A DNA stretch of 63,965 nt, counting the filler, from Trypethelium eluteriae (lineage: Eukaryota): assembly GCA_051942245.1 (NCBI GenBank). It is 3 parts of 3 records of this genome, joined end to end, with 100 filler letters (N's around TTAATTAATTAA, not from the genome) between each part and the next. Parts side by side here need not be neighbours in the genome. Positions count along the whole stretch, not along the records: positions 1 to 21,525 come from JAVECL010000468.1; 2 more parts are not named here. One strand, given 5' to 3'. Under the pieces are notes generated by a model, which had not been told where the DNA came from, ran no database searches, and worked only from the letters and a program-made list of their open reading frames with translations. Shown one piece after another: positions 1 through 11,418 of this stretch (position 1 is the first letter of the stretch; every line of letters starts with the position of its first letter). Position numbers and translations under genes: made by a program.

Positions 1-1
1 C

Positions 2-673
2 TCCCCCTCCTCCCCATCCGGCCTCTCGTACTCCCCGCAATTCGACTTCGTCGGCGGCACGGGGACGATCTCGGACTACGAGAAGCACCTCGGCGGCGCC
101 CCGCTGTGGTATGCCTCACAGCTGCCGTGCACCGCGTACGACTGCGCCCGCCACTGCGCCCAGGAGGGCTACCCGGACGACCTCCATGGCGATGGCGCGT
201 ACACGCTTATGAATGCGTGTATTGAGGCGTGTCCGGGGGTGACGGGTGGCCCGCCGACTTCGGGTCCGCCACTTTCGGGTGGGAATGCGTCGACGACGAC
301 GACGGCGGCGCCGAGTGGTGGGCCTACTGCTGGGCCGGGAGGGGTGAATGCGACGAGTACGCCCAGTGGTGCTGGGCCTGGAGGTGTGAACGCGACGAGT
401 ACGCCCAGTAGTGGCGGGCCTGGAGGTGTGAATGCGACGAGTACTCTTAATGGTGGAGGTGGTACGAACAGTACGGCGCCGACGACGTCGCTGTCGTCGT
501 TCTCGTCGTCAGAGACTCCGTGTGAGACGTCGGCGACGGCGAATGGGAACTTGTCGACGACCACATATGTGGGACCGAGGGGTGGAGGGGGTGGAATCCG
601 AGGGAGACAGGTAGAGGTGGGAGTGATGGCTGCGGTGGTGGCGACGGCGACGACGATTGCGTCGGAGATTTAG
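2..673 (+). CDS. 5'-truncated secreted/cell-wall protein with a Cys-containing segment, Ser/Thr/Gly-rich stalk and GPI-signal-like C-terminus
   Basis: The frame is open from position 2 (SPSSPSGLSYSPQFDFVGGTG...CTAYDCARHC...ACIEACPG) into ORF 209-673. It has a low-complexity S/T/G stalk with N-x-T/S sequons and a hydrophobic tail (VGVMAAVVATATTIA). Confidence 0.6.
   Translation, partial: SPSSPSGLSYSPQFDFVGGTGTISDYEKHLGGAPLWYASQLPCTAYDCARHCAQEGYPDDLHGDGAYTLMNACIEACPGVTGGPPTSGPPLSGGNASTTTTAAPSGGPTAGPGGVNATSTPSGAGPGGVNATSTPSSGGPGGVNATSTLNGGGGTNSTAPTTSLSSFSSSETPCETSATANGNLSTTTYVGPRGGGGGIRGRQVEVGVMAAVVATATTIASEI
332..445 (+). repeat. Coding tandem repeat, 42-bp unit, about 2.7 copies (GPGGVNATSTPSxx)
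   Basis: Units start at 332, 374 and 416: gggcc(g/t)ggagg(g/t)gtgaa(t/c)gcgacgagtac. Confidence 0.9.
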
Positions 674-1174
674 CATTTCTTTTGACCGGCGTTGCGCCCG
701 CTGCTGTGTCGTGGGGTTGATGATCTGGGAGGAAATGGGAAGATCAAGAAGGAATGAGGGAGTGCATGCGACGCATTGTCTTTGGCTTCATTTTGAGCTC
801 AATGTGACCCACGTGTCTGAAGATGTTGCTAACGAATGACCTGACATAAATGAGTAGAGCCTAGTCAGTATAGATAGAAGCGCAAGAACTTTTGGGCCCG
901 ACGCCAGCTTTACCAACACTTCACTGTAGCCCTGTTATATGTCTTCGTAGGCTCGAGGCCGAAGCGAATTAGCGAAAAGCGAAAATCAGGTCGGGGGGGG
1001 CCTCATAGATAGCGAGACTCCTACGAAATGAGCCCAGAAAGTCTGCAACTCTTCAAAATCTGTTCTGCCGCAAGCCAACTCTTCGTATAATTTCACGACA
1101 GATTCATGCTATCATCCATCGAGGTATTGCCCTTGTGCCTACGTCACCATCACGAATGCCATCGCGGACTACAT

Positions 1175-4100
1175 TCAAATCAATGCTGCCGCCGGTTCCT
1201 CTCCATCTGCTCGCCTTTCTGCCGCCTCAGCACGCAAATGCCTCACTACCTCTCCCTCCAACTGCTCCGACACCTCCTGCCTGCGCCTCGGCTTCCCGAA
1301 CAGACAGCTCCACAAATCATCTTTATCCACCATCTCACCGCTACCCTTCCCCTGCACTAGCATCTTCGAAATGGGAGCCCGCTCCATCTCCATTGAGTTC
1401 GCCGCATCGATGGCGCTTTCCTGCAGTCCCCGCGACGGCGTCGTAGCACGAGATTTCGAAGCCGTCTTGGACGAGGAACCGCTGCTGCTAATGTGCGCAA
1501 GGCGGCGCCTCACCGAGATATCATAGATGGTCTCCTCCACAGTATCGTTGATGAGATACATATACACGGTGGTGGGTCTCTGCTGGCCGATACGATGGAC
1601 ACGCGCGATAGCCTGGAGCTCAATGGCAGCATTGATGAGGGGTTCGCAGAGGAAGACGTGGGTCGCATTCACGAGGTTCAGCCCACTCGAATCGGTGTTG
1701 GCATCGAGCAAGAAGACTTCGGTAGACGGGTCCGAGCGGAAGTGTTCGATGCCGCCACGGCTGGAAATGCTGGCGTGGCCGATCTTGAATTGGGCGAAGG
1801 CGCGGCCCAGAACGGTGAGGAAGTCGCGGTATTGGGAGAAGACAATGGATTTGGAGCCCGGGTCGTGTTCGCGAATCCAGAGAATGTGTCTGGCGAGAGT
1901 GTCGATTTTGGTGCCGAACGAGCCTTCGAGATCGATGGATTTGATTTCGTCCATGGTGGAAGCGCTGATCTCCGAGTACAAGGCTGTGGCACCTTGTGAT
2001 GGCGAATTCTGCTGAGGGGTGTTTGCAGAGGACTCTTCCTTGGCTTTGATCTCTTGTGGTTTATATGTGATTTGATGAAAGTCCCGGAGACTCAGGTGAC
2101 GCTTGCAGGTAGGACAAGTTCTGTGTGTGTTCCACCATAGTTTGATGCAGTCTTTGCAGTATTGGTGACCACAAACCGTTAGAACTCCCTGTTCAAAGGT
2201 ACATTGACAAATGACACAGATTCTTTGCTCTTCTTGCTGGTCTTGCTCGGTGCGCAGATGGATTAAGAACCTGCGTTTGGTCTTGAGATTCGCAACTTTC
2301 CCGAAAAGCTCTTGTTCCCTCTCTGTGGTAGTCGCAAGGGCCTGATGATCGAGGTTATCGTCCAGCTCTTCTTTATATGGCTTAACCATATCAGATTCGT
2401 GCTGTAATTGTCGGTAGAACTCCAAACGTTGATTCATAGTTGATCGGAACAGGTTTAATTCTGCCTCCAAACCAGTGATGGCCTTAAGCTGAACGGACAG
2501 AACGTCTTGCAGTCTTGCCAGCTGACCTCGAACAATGCCAAGCTCTGCGGTAGCGCGACTACTGCCCTGACCTTCTTGCCACTCTAAAGCTGTCACCATT
2601 GACCGTATTTCATGAAGCGTCCCCCGCAAAGAACCCATTTTTTCCGACGGCTTTAATACGCTGCGAATTTGCATGTTCCGGAGCAAAAGTTCTGGAGCAT
2701 GGGCAGTGTGTAATTCCGCAGGTGCGTCGGGAGGTAGCTCGAGCTGATTGTTTGCTTGCCGAACGAGCTGTTTCATTTCATGGTCGATTAGCAAATTGGT
2801 TTGACCGGACAAAGTACAGAATCGATCAGCGACGATCGCTCTAAGGGAATCAATGTAGACGTAGAGTTCGTCCTGTAGTTTCGTAGAGTCCTCGTACTCT
2901 TCACCGGTGGTATCCGGACCTTCTTCTTCGTCGACTAGAGGCTGCAGTAGGATATCGACGATTGTAGACCTCCATTTCAGAAGCTGGCTTGTCTGGTCGT
3001 TGAGAACTTCTACAAGTTTATCCACCTTCTGCAGCACCTTTCTGTTTTCAATACCGCCAACTTCTTCAATAGTCGGGATCTGCGGAATTCTTGTGAAGGA
3101 GCTTTGTTTCTTGTTCCGATGCAAGATTCGCATGAGTTTCTCGGATTTGCTGTGCGCATCCCGCAGCAATTCTTTCCTGATCTTCTTGGCTTGATCGTAC
3201 AACTCTGTTTCCTGTTTCTCAAGGGCATGGAACTCCTCAGAATCCGGCTTCGTCAATTCCTCATTAGACTTGATCTGATAGAAGGCAGTTGCGCTGAAGA
3301 ATGCGCACACGTGCTGTACGCCAAGCGCGCTCCTCAGGATTTGTCTGTAGAAAGTCAAACGACTCGACATCTCAGATTTCTTGCCTTCAGTGTCGCTCTC
3401 GTCGTTATCACTGGCAGATGTCGAATCCAGGATTGGCTGATCAGATAATTCGGCACGCTGCTTCTTTTCTTGTGCAAGCTGCTGTCGGCTATCCTCGGCC
3501 ATCGAGGTGGCTTGTACGAGCGCCTCTTGATAAATGCTGAGGGCCTCCACACTCCGTCGTTCATTCATGCGATTGTTGCCGATGATATGGGCCCTCATAA
3601 CTTTTGCTAGAATGTAAGACCGTTCTTCGCCTTTTACAGAAGTCTCGTTCTGCTCTATCATAATCTCCAAGACTTCTCCAACTGTACGCAAAGGCCCTTC
3701 GCCACGGCCCAAGGCGCGACGATTTCGTCCGCCCACCTGGGGGTGGAGGCATGTTTGGCGAAGTCTGATGAGCCAACTACGCATCCGTTCAATGATCATA
3801 GAAGAATCAGGATCCCATAACCCACTGAGCGGCGATCCATCAAGAGCGACGCCAACGTCATCACACATCTGTTGAAACAAATGGGCGTAGTTCTGCTCCT
3901 CGATTGCGGAAAACGGAATCGTGATGACGACACGCTTCTGGGGTGGCAGGCGAAGATCTTCGCGGATCCTCTCTTTCGTGTGACGAAGGGCGATCGACTG
4001 GAATACGTCGCGCAAAGCATCCTGTTGGCCTTTCACTAAGCGAGTCCATAATCGCTTGGAATGACAATATGGCTCGTATCGGAGGAAGATAAGTAGACCG

Positions 4101-5727
4101 AGCAAGTCTTGCACGTCTTTTCGGAGTGGCGTCCCTGAGATTGCCCAGGCATTGATTCTAGGAATTTGGCGAGCAACGATTGCTGCAGCACTAACGCCGC
4201 TCTCAACCATTTGAGCCTCGTCCAGGCACACCCTCCACCACGAAATCTGGACAAGGGGGCTTCTCCTTCGCTCGTATCTTTTCTCGTGACGAAGGCTGCG
4301 ATCAGGTATCGAATCAGCATAGTGAAGCTCCTGCGAAAGGACATTGTACGTAGTAACAACGACATCGTGCTTCAACATCTCTTGGACGAGTTCATCATCC
4401 ATAAGATCGGATGATTTTTTGATCGATGGAAGGCCTTCATAATGCATGACCCTCAGGTGAGGCGCATGAATACTGAGCTCATTCTTCCACTGCTGTAGGA
4501 TTGCTGGTGGAGTAATGACAAGAGTCGATGAAGATGGAACTACGTTGGTACCAGAGTATGCGTCGTAGACTTTGGCTGGCTCCGGAATTTTCCGTCGATG
4601 AAGAATCATGAGCGCAACAAGCTCAACCGTCTTACCGAGACCCATTTCTTCGGCCAAAATTCCGCCCTTCAGCTGAGATGCTGGATTCGGAATATCTTTG
4701 CTATCCTTGAAGACCATGCCTTGAACGCGACTGACGTAACAGGTTTGACCCTCAGCATCTTGAGCCTCGAGAAATGATGGATCGCCTGACAGATGCTGTT
4801 GTTTGTCCGGCGAAGCCGCATTTTCGTCGAATTTCTTGCCTTCACGCTGTAGCATCCATACCACAGCACGCTCCTGGAACGGGTAGAGTTTCGAAGTAGT
4901 CGCCACATCTCGAATTTCCTGAGGTGCCTTCGTGTCTGCACGCGGTACATACAAGTTCTGATAGAAGTCGTGTGGCGACCAATTCGCGCTTTGGCTCGGT
5001 TCAGTAAGCTTTAAATATTTAGTGAGCAAAGCGATATCTTTTAACGCTTGTGGACCACTTCCATCGGCTCTGGGCACACCTATCCGGTAGAAGATGGATG
5101 CCTGGAATCGTAAGGGGCTAGGTTTGCTCTCTGGGGGCAGCACAACGCACTGTGACCAGGCGGCGTCAGGATCCGATTTCCGTTGGCCACGTTTCTCGAG
5201 GTCCACAATGTCCGACAGCTTCGAGATAAATGGTAAGGATTCGTCCGAGGTGGCGATAACCCGGAACGCGATGTCAGCATCCTCAGCAAGTTGGATTGTG
5301 AGCGATATTAGATTACCGTCCAAAGCCTCTATTGCCTGGAGTGAAACACTGGAAGGTTTCGTGGCGGTCGGCTCCAGGTTATCGCTCGAGCCTAAAAGTA
5401 ACTATCCACGGGTCAGCGATGCATAATACAGAGATGGATCATAGGGTCTACCAAAGGCAATGTAAGATTTAAGAGCGTGACATATTTTGAACTGCCTGAA
5501 AGCTCGGGTCCTTTGACAGTGACTCTGTCGGACTGATCGTTATTCAATCTTTGCCGCTTCTTTGGGGGCTCTGGGGTTTCGGGGGTGCGTGTAGATGCCC
5601 CACGCCCTGCTAGGACAGCCAATAAGCCAGGAACAGTCCTTATATCTTCGAGTTTAGAAGGTAATCCTTGGGCTAGATTTCTCGGCCTTGGCAAACGTCT
5701 ATCCTTACACTTCACAGCCCGAGGCAT
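1175..5727 (-). CDS. IRC20: SNF2-family helicase/ATPase with RING E3 ligase domain (IRC20/SHPRH-like)
   Basis: Motifs GGILAEEMGLGKT, CLDEAQ, SGTP, RING (CVICQ...CGHQYCKDC...CPTC) and QAIARVHRIGQ. Exon 1 5727-5452 joins in frame to 5401-1175 via intron 5451-5402 (GTAGAC...GCTGAC...TAG). Confidence 0.85.
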
Positions 5728-6127
5728 GGTAGCAATGTTTGATTGCCAACGGATGATTGACTAGTGAGGGTGAGGGTGTAGATAATAATTCGGAAGATGG
5801 CCGAGGGCTGTTTCGGGAAGATGTATCCAAAAGACACGCTAGTATTATCGATAATGACGGATCACCAATCACAATCAGATGCATAAGCCACGGTTCCTGT
5901 ACTAGGCTGGGCCCCGTGGGCCCTTGCATTGTATTTGAAGTATTCAGAATACACGGAGACCCGCATAAGCAACGGAGGAAGGTCAATTTTTATCAATATA
6001 GCAAAAATGACCTTGATGCATTCCTACTCTAATGGATGTCTATTGAAACTTTTATCATTTGGAAAAGGCAATCCAGATGGTAACCAAAGAAACTCCAGCG
6101 CTATGCAAATAAGACGAAATGATAGTG

Positions 6128-7247
6128 CTATGCTTTGACCATAAAGATCTGATCCTTGTTAGTCAAATTACTTTCATTGGCTTTGAGCGTAGCACTCACT
6201 TCATTCAGTGCCTGTGAATCTAGAGACGCCAACTTCTTTTGTTGGATATAGCGTTGTCGCACTGCTTGGCGACCTTGGATAGGAGCGTGCGATGGAGGAG
6301 GTTTGGATAGTACAACGTCACGGGATAACGTGTTCGAAGCTATCTCCTCCACCTGTTTGGACAGTGGTTCCTCTGTTTGTTCTTGCTTGGTGAGCTTTTG
6401 TCGTCGGCGCTCCTCCCTGCGTGCACGTCTTTCGGACTTTCTCTGCAGCCATTCCTCTTCCTTGGCAGGTATCTCTTCCTCCAAGACCCGCTTCTTGGCT
6501 TTGACCTTTGTCTTCTCGACTTTACAGTCTATGCCATCGGTGGTAACACTTCTGCCAACGTCTTCTTGAGGGCTCTCCGTTTCTGCCTTGGACACGTGAC
6601 TATTGTCCTTTCGAGCTTTCTTTTCGCTCTTCTTAATCCTGGGCGCATCACTTCCTTCTTCTGCTTTGCGTTTCCTCTTCCTAGACTTTGAGGCTACTTC
6701 AGATGTCTCGTCGTGTGATCTCGGCCCAGTGCTCACTGCATTATCGAGGCCGGTTTTCTTCCCTTGATGCTCGACAGTATCCTTCGCAAGGAATCCTCCG
6801 CTTACAAAATTCATAAAGCCATATCTCTTGTCCGTATACAATCTTAAATTAACATCCCTTCTCACAATTGCATCCTTTCTTATCTCCGTGTCACTTTTGC
6901 CATTGAGTCGCCCGAGAATTCCTTGGAATCCACTTAAGCCATATGTCTCTGTCTTCTGCTTAATGAGTCCTGCGCCTAATCCTGCATTGTCCTCTTTGAG
7001 GATAATTCGTACGTGCCCTGCACTTGCAGATTCGTAATGGGATGAATGCGGTGCATCTCGTGCGCCAAGATACTCGCCAGGTTTCCAGCCTTGGGATTCG
7101 AGAATGCGATGCCCGTAGCGAGTTGTGCAACGGGACCAGGCGGTGTTGTTTGGGTCCTCGGAAATTCTGTTGCGCCTAGAAAACGGTCAGCGTACTTCTG
7201 ACAAGTTTCATCGGGACCGTTTACTTCTTTGGTCCAGAAAGACCCAT
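6128..7247 (-). CDS. PXR1: G-patch protein Pxr1/Gno1/PinX1 (rRNA processing, Prp43 cofactor)
   Basis: Spliced N-terminus MGLSGPKK/RNRISEDPNNTAWSRCTTRYGHRILESQGWKPGEYLG...KEDNAGLG (G-patch), K/E-rich middle and IFMVKA end. Introns 7224-7176 and 6199-6149. Confidence 0.9.
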
Positions 7248-7480
7248 TTCTGGCGCGACGCGTACACCCGTAGCTGTCGACGAAATTTCGTGGGACTCGA
7301 GGATCGTCTCGGTCGACGATTGGAGATGCGGAACGATGATTCGCCGAGGCCGAGATGGCAAACGGTTGGACCATGCGCAAGCCGTCACTTCACTTCGTCC
7401 AATGATGTCCACGAACATCTCCAAGGAGTCTCTACAGATCCAAAAGGCATCGAATGAGGCATTCACAAGCGGATACCATT

Positions 7481-8248
7481 ATGTCGCTAAAGAACAGTAG
7501 GAAGGCGGAAGATGCTAGAGAAGCTGTCGATGGTAGCGTCACGCCTTCCATGCATGGCGAACGCGTAACTGGGGATGGTCTTCGGGATTCGCAGGCCCCC
7601 TACAGCGAACTGGATGTAGCGCAACTCGTGCAGCAGATGTCCAAGGCTGTAAGTTTCCGTGACTCCCTATCGTTGCATAGGTAGTCATTGCGTTGTGACT
7701 ACCTTGCCCACGCCCGTTTGATTTGCTCTCTTTAACCAAATTGGTGTCATTCCATTTTCAAAGCCTCCTTACCAATTATTCATGCCGAGTTATGAAGTCT
7801 TCTTAAGGGGTAGTATTCAGATCATACAAACGTCGCCTTCCTCATACGTACAGTCTCCGGAGAAAAGACTCCTCTGATACCGCTTTACGTAGGCCAAAGC
7901 TCGACGTGACAGCAAGCGATCATCCCTCGAGAAGCAACAGTCTGACCGAATAGAAAAGACTCGTGCCCAAATTCACGCCGTCCATACAGAGTATCGCGAT
8001 AAGATGTAAGTGGGGATACCTATCGCATCAATTGCCACTGCTTTCTCCTGCAACTTTTCAAAATTAATGTATAGTGTAGAAGCATTATCCGCAAAGCGCA
8101 ACTAGAAGAGTTGGCAAACCTACTTAAGCAGAAGCATGAGATCGAGGTTGGAATTGTGACCAGGATGCAGGCTGTCGAACAAGCGCATGCCAAGTTTTCG
8201 GGACAGTTCGCAGCTGTCCTTAAAGGTCGTGTTCAAGAACTTGAATAA
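7481..8248 (+). CDS. Hypothetical ~150-aa coiled-coil protein, 3 exons (7481-7648, 7893-8005, 8080-8248)
   Basis: Two GTAAGT donors (7649, 8006) and AG acceptors (7892, 8079) join three exons in one frame ending ...KGRVQELE-TAA. Helical, charged composition. Confidence 0.65.
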
Positions 8249-9313
8249 AGGAGGGAACGGGTGGGGGACCGTTGCATTGCCTGAATCCAACGCTATTGTC
8301 GGCCGTGCTTTGCTTCTTCATCTGATCAGTGCGCCGTTTGTGCCAGGTTTTTGATCAGTTGATGATGGCGCAGACACCTTGCAGAGTAGACACAGCTGAA
8401 TATTCTTCTTGCATGTGTCCAACTACCCTGCAGTCGGTCAGACCGTGGCACCACTGGGGCAACTTCTGATAAGTCTGCCTATTGCAGAACGAGCATCATC
8501 CTGAACACTTGTTCCAAGCTTAAAGAGTCTCAACATAGTGGGGGAGATGGCGAAAATTCTTCTTGGCTCTAGATCCTTGATGTGCGGCGGTGCCCTATAG
8601 CCACGGCACACGATCGTCTTCTATCCAATTACGGAGATATCCCCGTGTGCTGTTCCTGGTGAGCTCTCGCCAAGCAGCCCACGACAAGAGTTCAGCGAAT
8701 CAAATCAAGAGGACGAGAGAGAAAAGTCTACACGCTCACTTTAGTTCTGGTCAAGTTTCGCAGAACATTTACATAGGTGCATTGAAGAGTCGCTTACCCT
8801 AGTTCCTAACAAAGTTCTTTTTCAGCGTCCTAAGCCAAGAGTAAATTCACTAACATAGAACCAAAATGTAAATTACTGTACATTGATATGCGACGTCGCC
8901 GTGAGCCCATGTATGCATTGACATCGAGCCCTACCGCTCTCTCTATCTTTCTTCGTCATTATTCTTCGACAGCTGCGAAAAGTTCCCGTGCAATGCAATC
9001 ATGCTTTTCAGACAAAGAGAAGAAAATACGGAAGAGTATCGATACAGGATCCATTGAAAGTATGCAGCAGCCATACATCGTAGAAACCGTTGCTTCGTAA
9101 GAGAACGAAAGAGGAAGTAATTAAAAGGGTAGCGGCCTGGACCTGCAGGTCTAGAGAAAGCCATAGAGTGAGGTGAAGTTTATCTAGTGATGTTGAAGTT
9201 ATGCCGTCCTCCAAGTCTTGACTGAGCAGCTGTAGAGAAGGATCTGACTATTGAGAATGATTATGATTGCCCTTGAAGCTCATAGTATCAACCCAAAACC
9301 CAAAGCCAAATCT

Positions 9314-11418
9314 TCAATAGGGGCTCATCTGCGGCTGCGGACCGACAGATATCGGTGCCAATTGCGGTGCCCCTTGTGGTGAAGGACCCATCCGCTGAAA
9401 CATTTGGATCAAACGTCTTCCAACGCTCGGTTCCAGTTCAGTACCATCTCTGGCGATTTTGACTTCACGATTTGCATTCCAGGGGTTTCGAAGACCACGA
9501 GTCCGATAGAACGGTAGTCGCTGTGTAGAGATCCACTCCAACTTGAAAGGTTTACCCCAGTCTTGTGGGTTTTCTTTATTAGGGCTGGCACCGTCAATTT
9601 TGCTATGTTTCTTCTCCTCGGTCTCTTGAGCGTCAACTTCACTGCTGTCATCTTCGTCGTCGGAGCGGTCGGCCTCCCAGAAGATAGTGCCTCGCGCAGA
9701 ATCATCGATGACGCGACCTTTTGGCGCATGCGCGGTCGCTGGCGTAGGAATTGACTTAGGCGCAGATGAAGAATCATGTTCTTCTGCCTGTGGTAACGAG
9801 CCGATGTATTGAGACGCGTCCCCACTGATAGGGGATGCCATCCGAGCATATCCAAAGTATTCCCCTGACTTATTCGCGGAAAAAATGAGATAGACATTTT
9901 CAGCAGTCTGTTATCGTCAGTTTAGGAGCCTGAAGCCGTCGAAGTCCAATGAACATACCTCGAAAGCCTTGTTCAGAGTTTCCTCATTGTGAGCTTGAGT
10001 AGCCCAAATGCCGTTGCGTACACTTGCCTCCAAATCTTGCAACGTCAGACTCTTCACCACAAAAAACTTCTCTGGCACTTTAGTTTGTGGTTCGGCTTCT
10101 AAGTCCCCCATTTCGGTAGATGCATGATCGATTTCTGATTCATCTTGATCGCTCATTTGCTCTGCTAGAGCTTTCGTAGGTGCTGATGTGAGTGCAGATG
10201 GAGAACCAGCCATCATCGCAGCAGGTCCTGTAGGAACTCCCGAGGCAGGTGCAGTCGTTCTACGAAGTCGACAGACCAGGCGAACACCGTTGAAACGGGA
10301 ATCATGAAATCGATGCATCGCTGCGACGCACGAAGGCTCCGTGCGATAGTTGACGAAAGCACAGTTACTTTTCGAAATCAGGAACAAGCTCTCAATATCC
10401 TCTGTCGCATCGCGTGAAAAATGATCCTTCAAATCCAGAACCGTCGTCCCAGGGGGCAGATTGCCAACCCAAAGCGCATGTCCAGACTGTTTAGGCTTCC
10501 GAGGTGGTCCACGAGGTACTGCTGTGGAGAGACCGGGATCTGGGGAGGATTGGGTCAGCTTGAGGAACTGCAGTTTAACGAGTCCGCAATCAACCCAAGA
10601 TACAGGCGCATACCTATCGAACCAGCCCCACCCATCTGTGAGCCTACACTAGAGCCTGGTATAGATGGTCCCATGCGCACTTGCTGTTGAAGCGCATACG
10701 GATTCTGTTGACCCATGCTAGGCGCTTGTGGGAGGCCGAATCTCTTATCAAAAGGACCGCTCATCTGTCCCGGATGCGCTAAGTAGGTTGGCGAGGGCGC
10801 CGTCTGTCCATACTGATTTGGGTAGTAATAATAAGGCTGATTCTGAGGTGAAACCTGTGGATAGGATTGCTGCGTTGGACTGGGACCAGCAGATCGCTGA
10901 GAATACATGTTTGGGTAAGGGTTTCCAGCATACCCAGATGCGACTCCAGGCTGGCCTGGATAGGCGGCTCCTGCCTGCCCAGGGTATTGTGAGATCTGCT
11001 GGAGCTGATAGACGAGCGCAGAGGTAGATGCACCTGACAGCGGCTGTTGACCGGCTTGTGGAGGTCTTTGCGACATCGCATGCTGTGGTTGGCCTCCTGG
11101 ATAGTTGGGCAAGGCTTCTGCCATTGGTGCCATGTTGAACGAGGGATCGTAACTTGGGCTGACATGAAAAGACATTGCGCTCTGTTGGCTGCCAGGCCGA
11201 TGTGCTTGTGACGTCTGATTTAGTTGAGGGATAGAACTGTACTGCGAGAAAAACGGCGAGGTGCCAGTGTGAGGGCCAATCTCTTGAGATATTTCTGATG
11301 AAGTAGCAGCGGATGATGAGTCTGGATAGCCAATTGAGAAGGGCTGATTCGGGTCGCCAGTGTATTCTCGCCGTGATGGGTCTAGCTGTGGACGACCAGC
11401 GTCTCCCGTGTCGCCCAT
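9314..11418 (-). CDS. RRM + YTH (YT521-B-like) domain RNA-binding protein with Q/P/Y-rich N-terminus
   Basis: Exons 11418-10614, 10539-9959, 9907-9314. RRM: ALWVGNLP...SNCAFVNY. YTH: FFVVKS...GIWATQ...VYLIFSANKSGEYFGYARM...WNANREVKIARDGTELEP. Confidence 0.9.
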
